This document shows positions 1-13,875 of a stretch of DNA of 64,000 bases, one piece after another (positions within the stretch are counted from its first letter, which is position 1; the number at the start of each line of letters is the position of its first letter). Where the stretch lies: the NCBI GenBank assembly GCA_951406725.2, contig OX597818.1, positions 66,030,001 to 66,094,000 on the forward strand, in the 5' to 3' direction. This stretch comes from Octopus vulgaris. Taxonomy: Eukaryota. The position numbers were made by a program, and so were the translations under genes. The notes beneath the pieces are model-generated. The model was not told the origin of the DNA. It saw only the letters and a list, made by a program, of their open reading frames with translations, and did no database searches.

Positions 1-1249
1 GTTACTGTTACACGACCAACGAAAAGTCGAAGTGAAATTGTGACGGGGTGTGTATGTGGGTAATTAATGACAATCAGAGGGAGCAGTGCGGTTAACCTTT
101 CCTTTTTTGGAACTTTTATTCAAATTTATTTATAAGATATATTTCTTTTAATTGCTTTCAAATTTCTTTCCTTTCTATCTATTTCAGTCAATGGAATGTG
201 ACCATGCGAGGTCTCCACCTTGAATGATTTTGTCGAACTCATCAATTGATGCAAGAGTATAGCTATGTTCTTGAAAGTCTTCTAATCATTCTTCCAGACT
301 CTTTTTCCGAAACAGACACCAACAACAGTTGTCAAGCAGTGAAGAGGAACACACACAAACTTACAGTAACATACAAACATAGATACACGCATTCATTCTG
401 AGTTCAAATTCCGCCGAGGTCGACATTGTTTTTCATACTTTCGGGGTTCATAAAAACAGTACCACGTCAGTCATGGGATCAATATAATAAACCCACTCCT
501 TCCGCCGAAATTACTGGCCTTCTACCAACATTTAAGACCGTTATTATATTCGTCCCTTTCTTTCATACGTAACATATAACAGATACGTAATTATATAAAT
601 GATTTTATATCGATGACAATTTGATCATTTTTATGCCAACCACTCGAGAATATTTTCCTCGCACAAGTCTGTTATTCAGAAACATAAGAATTATTTCTTA
701 TCATTTGATTAAGTCTCATTCTCGTTGGTATCCAAGCTATATATCTGTCTGTCACATATATCGCCAACCTATATCATATATCATATAATTGGCCCGATGT
801 ATTCTGAGTGGTAGACATCTAAGTTTCAAATTATCAGAAATGAAATATCAATACTGGCGTGTTTTTCTTTGCAACAGAAAGTCACAGAAAAAAACAACAC
901 ACATGTTATTTTGTTAAATATACGACATGATGGACATATCTATATGTCTATATGAAATATATATTTCAACCACGTTTTATCTTTAGAGTACATTTGACTC
1001 CCAGGAGGAAAATAACTGTAGCTTTACTTGGTACAAAGTTGGTATTCTTCATTGTTATTTTTTTTTCCTTTCTTGATATGATAGGCAAGATTAATCAATG
1101 ACAATATGAATAAGGATATCTTTGATTAGCAGCAGATTACGCATACCTGAGTGGCAATTTTGTCATTGCATGGCAGTATTTATCAATCATCGAACACCTA
1201 CCTTCGAAGCCAAACGAGGAAATTTAGAGATAGGAGTAAATAGCGAGAC

Positions 1250-1285
1250 ACTACTACTAGTAACACTACAACCACTACAACCACC

Positions 1286-1368
<83 letters not shown>

Positions 1369-1386
1369 TACTACTACTACTACTAC
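1250..1386. repeat. (CTA)n/(CCA)n trinucleotide microsatellite
   Basis: Directly visible; source of the poly-L ORF 1122..1589. Confidence 0.95.
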
Positions 1387-1387
1387 A

Positions 1388-1620
1388 TGGCCCTACTGTG
1401 AAGGGAAAGATTTACAAAGCCATGTTGCTAAGGCATTTACAAAACTTACGAAACGGGATTTCCTTCATCAGAACAATGCTGCAGCCCCCAAAGCCTTGGT
1501 TTCGGCAGCTGTTGTGCGTGACAGTGGCCTTCAGCTTGTCTATAACCCTGCTTATTCTCCCGTCCCACAACATAAAAGAATTTCTTTGAAAAGCAGTATT
1601 GCAGTGATGATGATGTCATA
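1388..1620 (+). mobile_element. Mariner (DD34D) transposase fossil, C-terminal part
   Basis: Mixed-frame translation GPTVKGKIY..LL / LHQNNAAAPKALVSAAVVRDSGLQLVYNPAYSP / QYCSDDDVI matches the mariner pattern LHQDNAPAH...HPPYSPDL...SDDEV. Confidence 0.7.
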
Positions 1621-1624
1621 CCTC

Positions 1625-2090
1625 TCTCAGCATGTTACCATCGTATTCTACGTCGATGTTGTGGCCTTTCTGATCATAGTTAATAATCGCAATGCTCTTT
1701 GAGTCGCAAAAGTCTAAGGTCATAAAGTTCGCTGCAGATGAAACGACCATCGCCTACTTTAGAACAAGTGAGGAGAGGTTTTACCAGTCCATGGATTGTC
1801 TCTTTGTCTCTGGTTGAAAGTTATAAACTTAACCCTCATCCTGAGTAAGGAAACATTCAAAGAAACCAGCTCAATGTGCCGCAAACAATGTTCAACTTTC
1901 TATTGATGTCATCAGCCCGGTGTGTTTTTGATCAGCTGCCACACAAGGTGGCACCCACTCAGAAGGAATGTTCGTCAGGCCAAGTTTATTATACAGAATG
2001 TGTATAAAGAAAATCTAGTGCCGGATATGGTAATATTATGGCCAAGTTGACTGATAGACAATCACTTGCCACTCGTCAGTATTGGGGTGG
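1625..2090 (-). mobile_element. Mariner transposase fossil, central part
   Basis: Minus strand reads ILYNKLGLTNIPSEWVP ... FLTQDEG*VYNFQPETKRQSMDW ... FCDSKSIAIINY..KGHNI, i.e. the WVP and TxDE motifs with stops and frameshifts. Confidence 0.75.
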
Positions 2091-2291
2091 GGGAACACGA
2101 TCATGTTCTCCCCTGTGGTGGGGGCCGCAACAAATTCGGATTTTCCGCTTGACTACACACACACAACGCACGCACACAAGCAATCCTTCTGACATCACCC
2201 CTTCATACATACATACATACATATATACATACATACATACATACATACATACATACATACATACATACATACATACATACATACATACATA

Positions 2292-2510
2292 AGCATAAAA
2301 CTGAAGATCAGTGAAAAAGAGAATACCTATGTTGAACTATTGAGAAATATGCAGTTACTCTATCCAGATTACAAGTTTAGGTTTATACCTGTAATTATTG
2401 GAGAACCTGTGATATGTAAGACACTGCCTAAATACCAATCTTGAGAAATTAGGCTTCTATTACATGCTTCATCCCTGAGATTTTAGCCATGGTGGGATAA
2501 TGTCAGTGCT
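2292..2510 (+). mobile_element. 3' fragment of an RLE-type (R4/Dong/NeSL-like) non-LTR retrotransposon
   Basis: IKLKISEKENTYVELLRNMQLLYPDYKFRFIPVIIG...LEKLG resembles the K..KY..L...PV.IG tail of restriction-like endonuclease domains. Confidence 0.55.
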
Positions 2511-2528
2511 ATATATATATATATGTGT

Positions 2529-2569
<41 letters not shown>

Positions 2570-2827
2570 TGTGTGTGAATTGTGTGTGTGTGTTTGTGTT
2601 TGTGTTTTTGTCTGCTTGTCTCCCAACCAGCGTTTGACGTTTTATGTTTGTCCCTGTAACATAGAGTTACGTCAAAAGAGAACCGATAGAAGAAGTACCA
2701 GCCTTATAAGAACTAAGTCCTGGGTTCGATTTCTGCAACTAAAGCCCCTTTAGGCGGTGCACCAGAGTGGCCACAATTAGATGACTGAAACAAGTGACGG
2801 AATAACTGAACACACGCACCATATATA

Positions 2828-2842
2828 TAATAATAATAGTAA

Positions 2843-2888
<46 letters not shown>

Positions 2889-2914
2889 GCTACTACTACT
2901 ACTACTACTACTAC

Positions 2915-2953
<39 letters not shown>

Positions 2954-3009
2954 TAATTATGATAATAATAATAGTAATAATAATAATAATAATAATGATA
3001 ATAATAATA

Positions 3010-3040
<31 letters not shown>

Positions 3041-3088
3041 GTATTATCATTATCATCCCTATTATTGTTGTTGTTGTTGTTGTTATTC
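2828..3088. repeat. Compound (TAA)/(TAC)/(TTA)/(TTG) microsatellite
   Basis: Directly visible. Confidence 0.95.
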
Positions 3089-4457
3089 AGTTTAATACCA
3101 TATATACATATATATATAGACACTAGCATTCATATATAATTGCCTGCGTGTATATGCATATGTATGTATGTTCGTAAACAGCGATACACATATCAACGCA
3201 TGGAAGCTGCTATACGCATCGCGAAATAAATGTAAAAGAGAGACACAAAGGGAGAGAGGAGAAGGAAGAGGGAAAGAGAAAGAGAAAGAGAAAGAAAGAG
3301 AGTGAAAGAGAGAGAGAGAGGGAGGGAAAGAGGGAATGGAAGAGAGGTACTGACCCAAACCATTCATTCGTAAATATTCACACATTGTGTTTATATTCGT
3401 ATACAGAGATAAAGGAGACGGCAAGAAAAAACACACACATACATACACACACACTTTGGGAAGTCTGTGAAGGGAATATATATATATTACAAAGGGTGGG
3501 GAGGGGACTAAGGAGTGGGGGTAATAAGGGTAATAGGGGTTGAAGAGACGTGCCACAGATAATGGAGAGGTAAGACATAATGAAAGGAAAATGAAAGGAA
3601 AAAGGTAGAGAAACGATGAGTTTATTTAATGTTTGTGTAGAAAATATTGACAGCCATAAAGTGGGGAGTGGGGAGGGGGGTTGGGAATGTAAAGAGAAAG
3701 GAAGGGGAGGATGTACAGAGGGTGACAGTTAGAGTGATAGTGAAAGAATGGGAAAGGGAAAGGTGATGGTAGTTGCGGTGTAGGAGGAGAAATGTGAGTT
3801 GAGAGAGGGAGGGAGGTGCTGGATATCACGAAGGCGTGGTAGAGGTAGGAGGTGAGAAACAGAGACGTTTTGTTGAGGCAATTGAAGCGATAGTATTACG
3901 GACACATACATCGGCACACACACACACGCACACGCACACACACAAACACATGCACGCACACGCACATGCACACACACACACACACACACTCAGACACACA
4001 AACACGCGCATGGAGATATATACACAACGAAACACAAAGAATTACACACATGATGATACGGAGATGCCGATACGCACACACGGACACACAAATACACATA
4101 AGTAACACGTGCACAATTGCGCTATATGTGTATATATATATACGTATGTATGCCTGAGTATGTATATGTGTATATATATATATAATACACACACACATAT
4201 ATACTTATGTGTATATTAGTATACGTGGAAATATGAATGTGTATATATAGGTGTTTATTTGTGTCTGTATATATATTCACCCGTATGCATATATGTATAT
4301 ATGTGTGTGTGTGCGTGTATGTCTTCAGCTATATAATTATATATACGAATATATATAATTATATATACGAATATATATATGAAAGTTGTATTTAAGTTTA
4401 GGCGCGTGTGTATACACACACAGACACTAACACGCACACTCTCACACACAGAGATAT

Positions 4458-4511
<54 letters not shown>

Positions 4512-4966
4512 TGAGAGCGATCGAGCGAGCGAGCGAGAGAGAGAGAATAAAAATTATATATCTTAAAACTGCGGTTCAAGTGCAGAGTAAAGGTTAGCAA
4601 ATATTTATGTAAGAAAAAAATAAAATATATAAATATCTAATTGTTATTCATATGTTTAAGAAAGCGAAAGTGAAACTAGCGCCAAGAGAACTGGACAACT
4701 GCTGTAACCGCCTTCTAATGGTTAGTCGTCCTACAGTTGTCTCCCTGGAACCAGTCAGACCACACTCTCCTACCTGCCCCGCTACTGCCTTTAAATTATT
4801 ATTTATTTCACGGTTCCTCTCTATACAGGAGAAACACTTTAATTCCAGGCAGTTGTGGACTAATAGCGAAAATAATCACACACCTCAACTGCATTCACTG
4901 TCTGTGTCTCTCTCACCTTGACACGCTTCCCAGCTAAAGTAATAGGCATTAGTAATAATAATAACG

Positions 4967-5041
<75 letters not shown>

Positions 5042-5118
5042 GTAGTTACACTTTTGTTCTTATTGTTATTTAGCCGCAGATAGGACGTTCCTCAGCATAC
5101 CTGTGAGGAAAAGTATAC

Positions 5119-5231
<113 letters not shown>

Positions 5232-5484
5232 ACATCCTGTTGTAATTGTAATAATTCTTGGCATGTCTATGCAGTTAAAAAGTTCGATCTGCCACTACGC
5301 GTCTTCGGGTTCAGGCCTGCTGCGCCACGAACAAATTGCTTCCACCATAATTCTTTGCGAGTGAATTTGGTATAGGGAATGGTAATGTTAAAGCCACTTA
5401 TAAATGTATATATTACATGAGTGTATATTTAGACACATACATACACACATATATATGTATGCTTGTATATATATATGCATATAT

Positions 5485-5647
5485 AGGCGCAAGAGTGGCT
5501 GTGAGGTAAGTAGCTTGCTTACCAACCACACAGTTCTGGGTTCAGTCCCACTGCATGGCACCTTGGGCAATTGTCTTCTACTATAGCCTCGGGTCGACCA
5601 AAGCCTTGTGAGTGGATTTGGTAGACGGAAACTGAAAGAAGCCCGTC

Positions 5648-5729
<82 letters not shown>

Positions 5730-5945
5730 GTGTGTGTGTTTGTGTGTCTGTGTTTGTCTCCCCAACATCGCTTGACAACCGATGCTGGTGTGTTTACATC
5801 CCCGTTAATTAGTGGTTCGGCAAAAGAGACCGATAGGATAAGTAGTAGGCTTACAAAGAATAAGTCCTGGGGTGTAGTTGCTCGATTAAAAAGGCGGTGC
5901 TACAGCATGGCCGCAGTCAAATGACTGAAACAAGTAAAAGAGTAA
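5485..5945 (+). mobile_element. tRNA-derived SINE family A, full length, with internal (TA)n/(TG)n tract
   Basis: A-box-like gtggctgtgagg and B-box-like ggttcagtccc; conserved body (gtagacggaaactgaaagaagcccgtcg; ggcggtgctccagcatggccgcagtcaaatgactgaaacaagtaaaag) shared with copies at 28237, 41950, 45735, 50205 and fragments near 2600, 10680, 19330, 62370. Confidence 0.85.
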
Positions 5946-6310
5946 TATGCGTGTGTGTGTGTATTTATTAAGGCGCATAGCTTGGTGGTTAGGGTGTTGC
6001 ACTCTCGATTACGAGATCGCATGTTCAATTCACAGACCCCGCGTTGCTTTGTGTTCTTGAGCAATTACACTCCAATACGAGTTCCTCTGCGATTATTTCC
6101 TCATCTGACATGTGGCACATGTTGCATCTGTACCGGCAATGCCGATTTAATGGACGGACTGAGCGTCTGTGTACAAGAACATTTGACCGCTTTAAACAAG
6201 TCATTTTGAGTGGATGTTCGGCAACAAATTACCGAACCCTCATACGTCGACTAACAACGGGAGTGTGCATAATATATGTACATACATATACTTTTGTGTA
6301 TGCGTATGTG

Positions 6311-6362
<52 letters not shown>

Positions 6363-6487
6363 TGTGTTTGTGTATATATATATATGTATATATATATATG
6401 TAAAAATATACATATATACATATAAATATATATATACATAAATAAATATATTTACGCATATATATATATAGATATACATATATATAC

Positions 6488-6535
<48 letters not shown>

Positions 6536-6564
6536 TAATATATATATATAATATATATATATAT

Positions 6565-7722
6565 ATCTACCTTGATTTCAGCAAGGCCTTTGACAGGGTT
6601 GATCATAAGATCCTTCTGAGAAAGCTGTCCAATATTGGTGTCACTGGAAAGCTGCTGCAATGGATCAAGTGCTTCCTCTCTAACAGAACCCAACATGTTG
6701 TAGTCGAAGGAGTCAAATCCAGCCCAGCCAAAGTCAGCAGTGGTGTCCCACAAGGCACTGTGTTGGGCCCACTTCTCTTCATCATCTACATAAATGATAT
6801 TACTGACACCATCAAACACAGCAACATCAGAACCTTCGCTGATGATTCCAAGCTCCAGAAGGTCATCAATGGCGTGGATGACCGAATAAACCTTCAGTCA
6901 GACCTACTGGCTGTTGTCCAATGGGCGGAAAAGAATAACATGTTGCTAAATGAAGACAAATTCGAACTGATCCACTTTGGAAGGGAGGACGCTCTGAAAC
7001 TCCCATACTCTCTTCCTTCTGGAGAAATTCTCATGGCATCCAACAACATCAGAGACCTGGGAGTAACAGTGGACAACAACATAAGCTGGGCTACACATAT
7101 AAGCAGCAAAGTTGACATGGCCCGCAGAATGTGTTCCTGGATTCTCAGAACCTTCCAGTCGAGAGATTCCTACGCTATTATCCTTCTCTTCTCCACTTTT
7201 GCCCGACCCCACCTTGAATACTGCTGTCCACTGTGGTCTCCCTACACAAAACAAAATATTATGAGAATTGAAGCTCCCCAAAGGTCAATCACAAAAAAGA
7301 TAGATGGCATGTCAGACCTTGACTACTGGGGTAGACTAGAGAAGCTGAAATTGTATTCACTCCAACGACGCCGTGAACGCTACATTATCTGTATGATGTG
7401 GAAAATATTCCATCAGCACTGTCCGAATGATGTTGGCATCACCTTCAAAATGCATCCAAGGCTTGGACCACGTGCCATCCGTCCACAACAAAAATCTAAA
7501 TCGCATCACATAACGACAATACGGCACAACTATTTCACCTCAATTGGACCCGCTCTCTTCAACATTACACCAGGACACGTCAAAAAAGAAACTGACCACA
7601 CAAAATTCAAGAAGTCTTTGGACAAATTCCTTCAAACAGTACCGGACAAACCATCCACACCCGGATATGTCTCCGCAAACAATAACTCTCTGCTCGAATG
7701 GGCCTTGGTGCCCAAATCCTGA
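6565..7722 (+). CDS. LINE ORF2 reverse transcriptase, 5'-truncated (no native start codon)
   Basis: Frame extends 65 codons upstream of the track ORF 6760..7722 without a stop; RT motifs as above. Confidence 0.85.
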   Translation: MYLDFSKAFDRVDHKILLRKLSNIGVTGKLLQWIKCFLSNRTQHVVVEGVKSSPAKVSSGVPQGTVLGPLLFIIYINDITDTIKHSNIRTFADDSKLQKVINGVDDRINLQSDLLAVVQWAEKNNMLLNEDKFELIHFGREDALKLPYSLPSGEILMASNNIRDLGVTVDNNISWATHISSKVDMARRMCSWILRTFQSRDSYAIILLFSTFARPHLEYCCPLWSPYTKQNIMRIEAPQRSITKKIDGMSDLDYWGRLEKLKLYSLQRRRERYIICMMWKIFHQHCPNDVGITFKMHPRLGPRAIRPQQKSKSHHITTIRHNYFTSIGPALFNITPGHVKKETDHTKFKKSLDKFLQTVPDKPSTPGYVSANNNSLLEWALVPKS

Positions 7723-7808
7723 ACTGAAAGACTTCGCCAGGTGGTGCTATTAAGTTAGACATGGCCTGGGCCAATACTGGCCAAAAACCTTTCTAAGTTA
7801 TTCTAAGT

Positions 7809-7810
<2 letters not shown>
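6565..7810 (+). mobile_element. 5'-truncated LINE (CR1/L2/Jockey-group-like), RT and C-terminal domain, inserted in (TA)n
   Basis: Stop-free frame 6565..7722: IYLDFSKAFDRVDH, SGVPQGTVLGPLLF, FADDSK, RDLGV, RPHLEYCCPLWSP, LYSLQRRRERY; short 3' UTR ending in (TTCTAAGTTA)2; TA repeats on both sides. Confidence 0.93.
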
Positions 7811-7840
<30 letters not shown>

Positions 7841-7933
7841 ATGCTTATATATATATAGATAGATATGTACACATACATACATACATACATATATATGTAT
7901 GTGTGTATGTATGTATGTATGTATGTATGTATA

Positions 7934-9205
7934 GAGGGTGTCCCCAAAATTGTAGACACGCTTTGAATAATTGTAAAGCAGTTGTTTATTAAAAGACATT
8001 TCAGTTTCAAAATTTAATAGAATCTACATTCATTATTTCATTATTTTGTCATTGCTTGTTTTCAAACTGACGTCATTTCTGATCCAGACACTGCTGACAA
8101 CGAAAAGCAAAGGAATCGCAAATATCACGAAACAGTTCGTTTCGTATGCGTGTGCAATCACGTTTAATGGTTGCTCTCAAATCAGCGACCTGTCGCAGGT
8201 TTCATATCGTAGACTTTTTCTTTCATGTATCCTCATCAAAACAGTCTAGTGGAGCTAAGTGTGGTGAATTCCGAGTGTATTCAACTAAACCACTTCGTCT
8301 AATCCACCTGTTTTGAAGGATCTTATGAAGGATGGATCTAACATAGCGATGGTAGTTTTGGGGTGCCCCATCTCGCTGAAAAGAAAACTTCCCATCTTCA
8401 AAGTCTTCTCTAATGCTTAGCATGACACTCTGATGCACAAGTTCAAGGAAACGGGACCAGTCTCAGTAGCATAAAAAAGAATGCTCCAATTCATCCTCTT
8501 GATAATAATCCACTCCACACTGTAACTCCTGGTAAATTAACATGGCGATCCACCATAACATGCGGATTTTAAGGTCACCGGTAGATGCAATTGTGGCGGT
8601 TAATTGAACCATTTAATTTGAATGTGGCCGCATTACTCCTCACAACTTTTGTTGGAAAGTGTGCATCTTCTACACATCGTGTCAAGTACCACTCGCAATA
8701 CTGCACTCTTTGGTTTGGATCATCGCCATTAATAGCATGGTCTAATTTTGGAAAGTAACTTTTCTACTGGAAATGCATTCCAAAATGCTTTGGGCAGACG
8801 AGTTTTATGAAATTCCTAAAATTCCTACCTCATGACTCCCTTGCTGCACAGAATTACTTGGACTTTGGTGATTCGTTTCCAGTACTCTTTCTTGCTTTGT
8901 GGAGATTGCTGATGTCCGTGGTCTTCTGGAAAGTCTCGCGTGGACATTCTTCACTGTCTCATCAGCTTCAAACTTAACTCTAATTCGGGTGATAGTAAGT
9001 TGCGTTGGTGAGTCTGTTTGAAACTCTCTCCTAAACTGTCTTTGCACTTCAACTGCGTTTTCACATTTCCAGTTGCATTCTAGAATGAATTTCCTTTGTT
9101 CAAAGCTTAATCTGACTCCTATCATTAGCTCTAATGAAAATACATCAATTGAGTTATCAGTTGCTAAAGTGTGCATACATTTTTTTTTGGTGGGGCGAGC
9201 ACCCC

Positions 9206-9208
<3 letters not shown>
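7934..9208 (-). mobile_element. Tc1/mariner-superfamily DNA transposon fossil with degenerate TIRs
   Basis: N-terminal HTH LSFEQRKFILE..WK.ENAVEVQRQFRREF..PT..TITRIR.KFE (ORF 8805..9176); catalytic FQRDGAP...NRWI...NSPHLAPLD (ORF 8223..8438); left end ta|gagggtgtccccaaaattgtagacacgcttt is loosely mirrored by aaagtgtgcatacattttt..tgg..caccccctc. Confidence 0.85.
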
Positions 9209-9285
<77 letters not shown>

Positions 9286-10472
9286 ACATTCACAAACGCA
9301 TATCCAAGTCTTTTTGTGTTTGTCCCCGACTCCCAAATAGGGTTTCTCTGAAAGATCCAACAGAATCAGTAGAATCTCAAAGAAATAAATACTCTGATCT
9401 ATTTCTTCTCCTAAACTCTTTAAAACGGTATCCCATCGTGAATGAAGTTGACAGAATCAAGTAAATGAGAGTTTAATTGATTTATTTTCTAATTGTGATT
9501 TCTGTGATTTGAGGGAGTTTAGTGTTTTTATTTAACAGATCCTTACCTGAGTATCTCGTCACCTGTCTTCCTGCAATAGAAGGCTGTGGGTACTATTATT
9601 TATTCATATCAGTGAGATTTCAAGTGCATTTGTTCTGCAGTGTAAACTGTGGGTATGGAGTGTACACAGGTAGAGCAAAATAGTTAATGGGCTGTTATGT
9701 AGATAGATGTATGTATGTGTGTGTGAGTATGCACATGTTTGTAAGCATATGGATATGAAAATAAACAGATCAACATACAGACGGATAGGTACATAGGTTA
9801 TATGAACAGACAAGCACACATAGGCAAATGGAGACTGGAACACATGACCATATATACACACACATTTTACTCCGCACAAAGACGCATATGGAGACACAGA
9901 TCCACACATATAACGATGCACATCCATGCATACAAACATGCACACGGACATGCACACACAAGGAGACAGAGGTGCACACATATAAAAACATACGATCGCT
10001 CACACACACATACATAAATAATGCACAAACACGGACATGCAAGCACATGAATATGCAGAATAAATACATACAGATGCACACACATGCATACATATATACA
10101 TATGCATACACACACATGTATACATAAATACACATGCGTACATAAATACATACATACATACATACATATATACATACATACGGACATGCATGCATAGGCA
10201 CACACACACACACACTGACCGACACACATGCGCACAAACAAATGAAAAGGAACGCAGTGTATATAACGGACAGAGTCAAAACTATTGAAAAGGTTGCACA
10301 ACGCAACGAAAATTTTAGGAAAATAAAAATAAGAAATAAGAGAAAAATTTTATCGGTGACTGTTTTAATAAGGCATAAAAAGAAAATGACTCTCTCCAGA
10401 CACAACAGTATGTATATATATACACACATATATATATATACATATATATATATACACATATATATATATGTA

Positions 10473-10533
<61 letters not shown>

Positions 10534-10918
10534 AGAGAGAGAGAGAGAGAGCGTTAGATAGATAGATAAATAGATAGACATACATACATAAGTACGTACA
10601 TATACATATATATATACACACACATATATAACAAGTTAGATATACTATCTTTTATATTTTTCTTCTTTTAATTATTAAACTGCGGCCATGCTGGTGCACC
10701 GCCTGTAATGGTTAGTCAGACGCTTCTGACGCTGTCGTTATTCTGTCAGTCTTTTTTGTCAGGCCCCTAATTTTCGGGGACACGTTAACGCATGCAAATG
10801 AACCAGTTCTAAAGCACTGGTCGGTGATAGACAGACGTACACACACATGCACATACTCATACACATAAGGCACACACACACAGATACACACACTAGCACA
10901 CACACACACATATATATA

Positions 10919-11078
10919 TAGGGAGAGTTTACAAAAACAAACAAAAGACGAAGACAGGTGGTGTACAAAGCAAACAGATGTATTAGTATAACGCTCAGGA
11001 ATAGGAAAATTATTTTACGTTTCGAGCCTACGCTCTTCTACAGAAAGGGACACAGAAAAAAACAAGGAGAGAAACAAA
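10919..11078 (-). mobile_element. Solo PLE 3' terminus (family of the 20690 element) containing a hammerhead-like motif
   Basis: Aligns by eye with 20690-20870, 18825-18975 and 62635-62815 (aaaagacgaag.cagg, tattagtat..cgctcagg, acgtttcgagcctacgctcttc); abuts (TA)n. Confidence 0.8.
11013..11046 (-). ncRNA. Minimal hammerhead-like motif, U6 variant
   Basis: UUU CUGUAGA A GAGC GUAG GCUC GAAA CG UA AAA. Confidence 0.55.
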
Positions 11079-11770
11079 GACTGATATATTCATATATACA
11101 TATGCAATAAGATATAGATGTATACACATCTGTATGTGTGTGTGTATGTATTTGTCTCTCTGAATGTACAAATTTAAATAAACGGCTGCTTTTGTGTAGG
11201 TGACTGATTCAGTGTGTGTGAACGTGTGTAAACAGATGTATGAAGTGATTGTATTGATCAGAGATGAACTAAAAGATCAATGTATATATATTTTTTTTGT
11301 TTACTTCGCCGATGACCTCTTCACTAACATTTAAAATAGTCACTTCTTTTTTTCTGGAACCTGTTGTGATCACACCAAAATCCAAGCAGTCGCAAAATGT
11401 AGATACATCGGTATCCAATATTTCTATACGAAACAGAACTTTGCGTCTCAAGTGATACCTCCAAAGAACAAATAATTATATGTACATAATTACACGCACT
11501 GATTTCGGACTTCAAGTGTAAGCAGGTGATAATAATAGTTAATCTTATCGTATTCAATTTCATTATTGATTATAATGCCGCGAACTGATAGTATCTTTAG
11601 CGTGATACAAAACAGTGACATTTTCGTCCGTCGTTAGATTCCCAATTCAAATCCCGCTATTATCGACTGTGCATTTCATCTTTTTTGGGGTTGATTAAAT
11701 AATCACTGAGTGAAAGCTGGGGACCATGCAATCCACTACCCGCTTCCCCCCCCCCCCAGTTTTAGAAGAA

Positions 11771-11852
<82 letters not shown>

Positions 11853-11989
11853 TAAAACTCAGCCTATATTGGGTATGATGGGGAGTTTCCGCTGGCCGCA
11901 GCCAGCAGACTAAGGTGACACTTGTCTTACTGACTATGTTTCAAGAACCCTGCAATGAATTCTGGAAGTTCCAAGGAATGCTGATTTTT

Positions 11990-12480
11990 GTAGGTATTCT
12001 ACCTTCACACTCGCGCAAATATTCGTGTATGTCTGCCGACAGATGAGTCTCTGTGAGTGCGATGCATATAGCTTGTTTGCACACAGTCAGTTCTCCCAGG
12101 TATGTAGTCTTGCTTTTGCTGTTGTTTGGCAAGGCGCCTCTGATGCTCCTCAGTAGAATTGGTGTGATGGACGACTCGGCGGCAGCGGTGGCCATCCTGG
12201 GTCCTTTACTTCTGGCGGTCTTCTTTTTGGGTGTACATGGCTTAATTTCGTTTGTAGACATGGTAACTACTGCGTTATACCTAAACAACGTTGATGTTCG
12301 GCTGCTGCAGTTCACACTAAATCTGCGTACAGCTTTTTGGCAGTCTCTTTGGTAGGCACAGTGGTGTGGATTTGGGTGTTCAAAGCGTCAGTGTGTCCCC
12401 TTCTCTCTATTTCAGTAGGCTCTTTTACATAGAATTTGCAAGTTGCGTGTATGGGTTTAGCCTTATGTCTGAAACCTGCT
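11990..12480 (-). mobile_element. Decayed LINE 5' region (end of ORF1 and start of APE endonuclease)
   Basis: LLRSIRG...KTTYLGEL...ICIALTETHLSADI matches the APE N-terminus (N.RG / LTETHL); Cys/His-rich segment (FEHP..HC...C) upstream. Confidence 0.55.
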
Positions 12481-13384
12481 GCAGCTATTTTGCGGCTGTT
12501 TTTTCTCGCTGGGCTGCTATGTTAGGAGAGGAAGTTGCAGTCACTTCTCTTGCGAGCTTTGGGATTGTTTTGTTGCTCCTCTTCAATTTTCACATTACTG
12601 AGATTACCCTCATTAGTGGGCATAGTGCTGGTCGCTCTGCGCCTCTCGATTGGGCATCATTGTTGGTGTTTTCCATGCAAACAATTTTCTCAGGCGAATG
12701 AGCATTTTTAAATTTAAAAATGGTGTCTAACCTTTCCAGATTTGAACTCACGAGTTCATAGGGGCGTATGGGCTTTCGTTTTTCGTTATATCTGTGCCTC
12801 GCATCTATTGAATCCATTGTTATTCAGTACTGCAGTAACCACAATATTGAGTGGATCCTTTTCGACAACAACTCAAGCCCGGAGAAATAGGTCTATGTTT
12901 CCTTCCAGGTTGCCATCTCGTCTGTGTTACAACAGTTATTATGGCGTGTGATGGAATAGCGTGTGCAGAGAAAGGCAGATAATGGGATTCGCGGTAGGGA
13001 TATCACAGGAGGGGGAGGAGTAGAGGAAGTGAAGATGAGAAGAGAGTAGAGAAGGAGAGTACTCTAAGAGAAAGGGTGGGAGAAGAGAAGAAGGGAGGAG
13101 AATAGATATGAAGAGTACAATAAGAAAGGGAGGGAGTTTAGGTGAGGAAAGTGAGGAGAGCAAATTGAGAGAAGAGAGCGGGGAGCAGGGGTTCGAAAAT
13201 CGCACGGAGAATTGATTCAAGAAAGTTTAACTGAAACAAGTTGCTTTACTTTTGTTTTTATTTTCAAATGGCCGGTTGTATTGGATAGATTTACGTTACA
13301 AGCATACATACATGCATTTATATATATATATATATATATATATAGTTGTGTGTATGTGGGGGGATATATGTATATATATATAAA

Positions 13385-13456
<72 letters not shown>

Positions 13457-13875
13457 ATTTATATATATATATATATATACATACATATATTACTTTCTAT
13501 TGATCGAGCTTTTTTTGTTTATTTCCTTTTCTGCTAAGTATTAAAGATCGAAATTGTGCAAAGGATTTACGCTTACCTTCAGTATCCCACGTGAAAGAAA
13601 TTTTATTCAGCGGCTACAATATCTTTTATGTGTATTGTATTTTATTCCAAGATATTACCTTATAATATATTGAATTATAATCGATATCCATCGTCTCTTG
13701 ATAGGGTTCTTCGCATATTTCAAACGGTTTTAACACTTACCTTAAAATATTTCACGTGGAAGACATACGATAACACTTTTTACCAGAAATATTTCACAGA
13801 GTGTCTACAAATACGACAGCTTTCCGATGTATTCTATTTTATTCCAATATATTTTCTTGTAATACATTGAATTAC

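Noticed and set aside
2985-3040. (TAA)n/(TTA)n palindrome
   Set aside because: Simple-repeat strand switch with no independent information.
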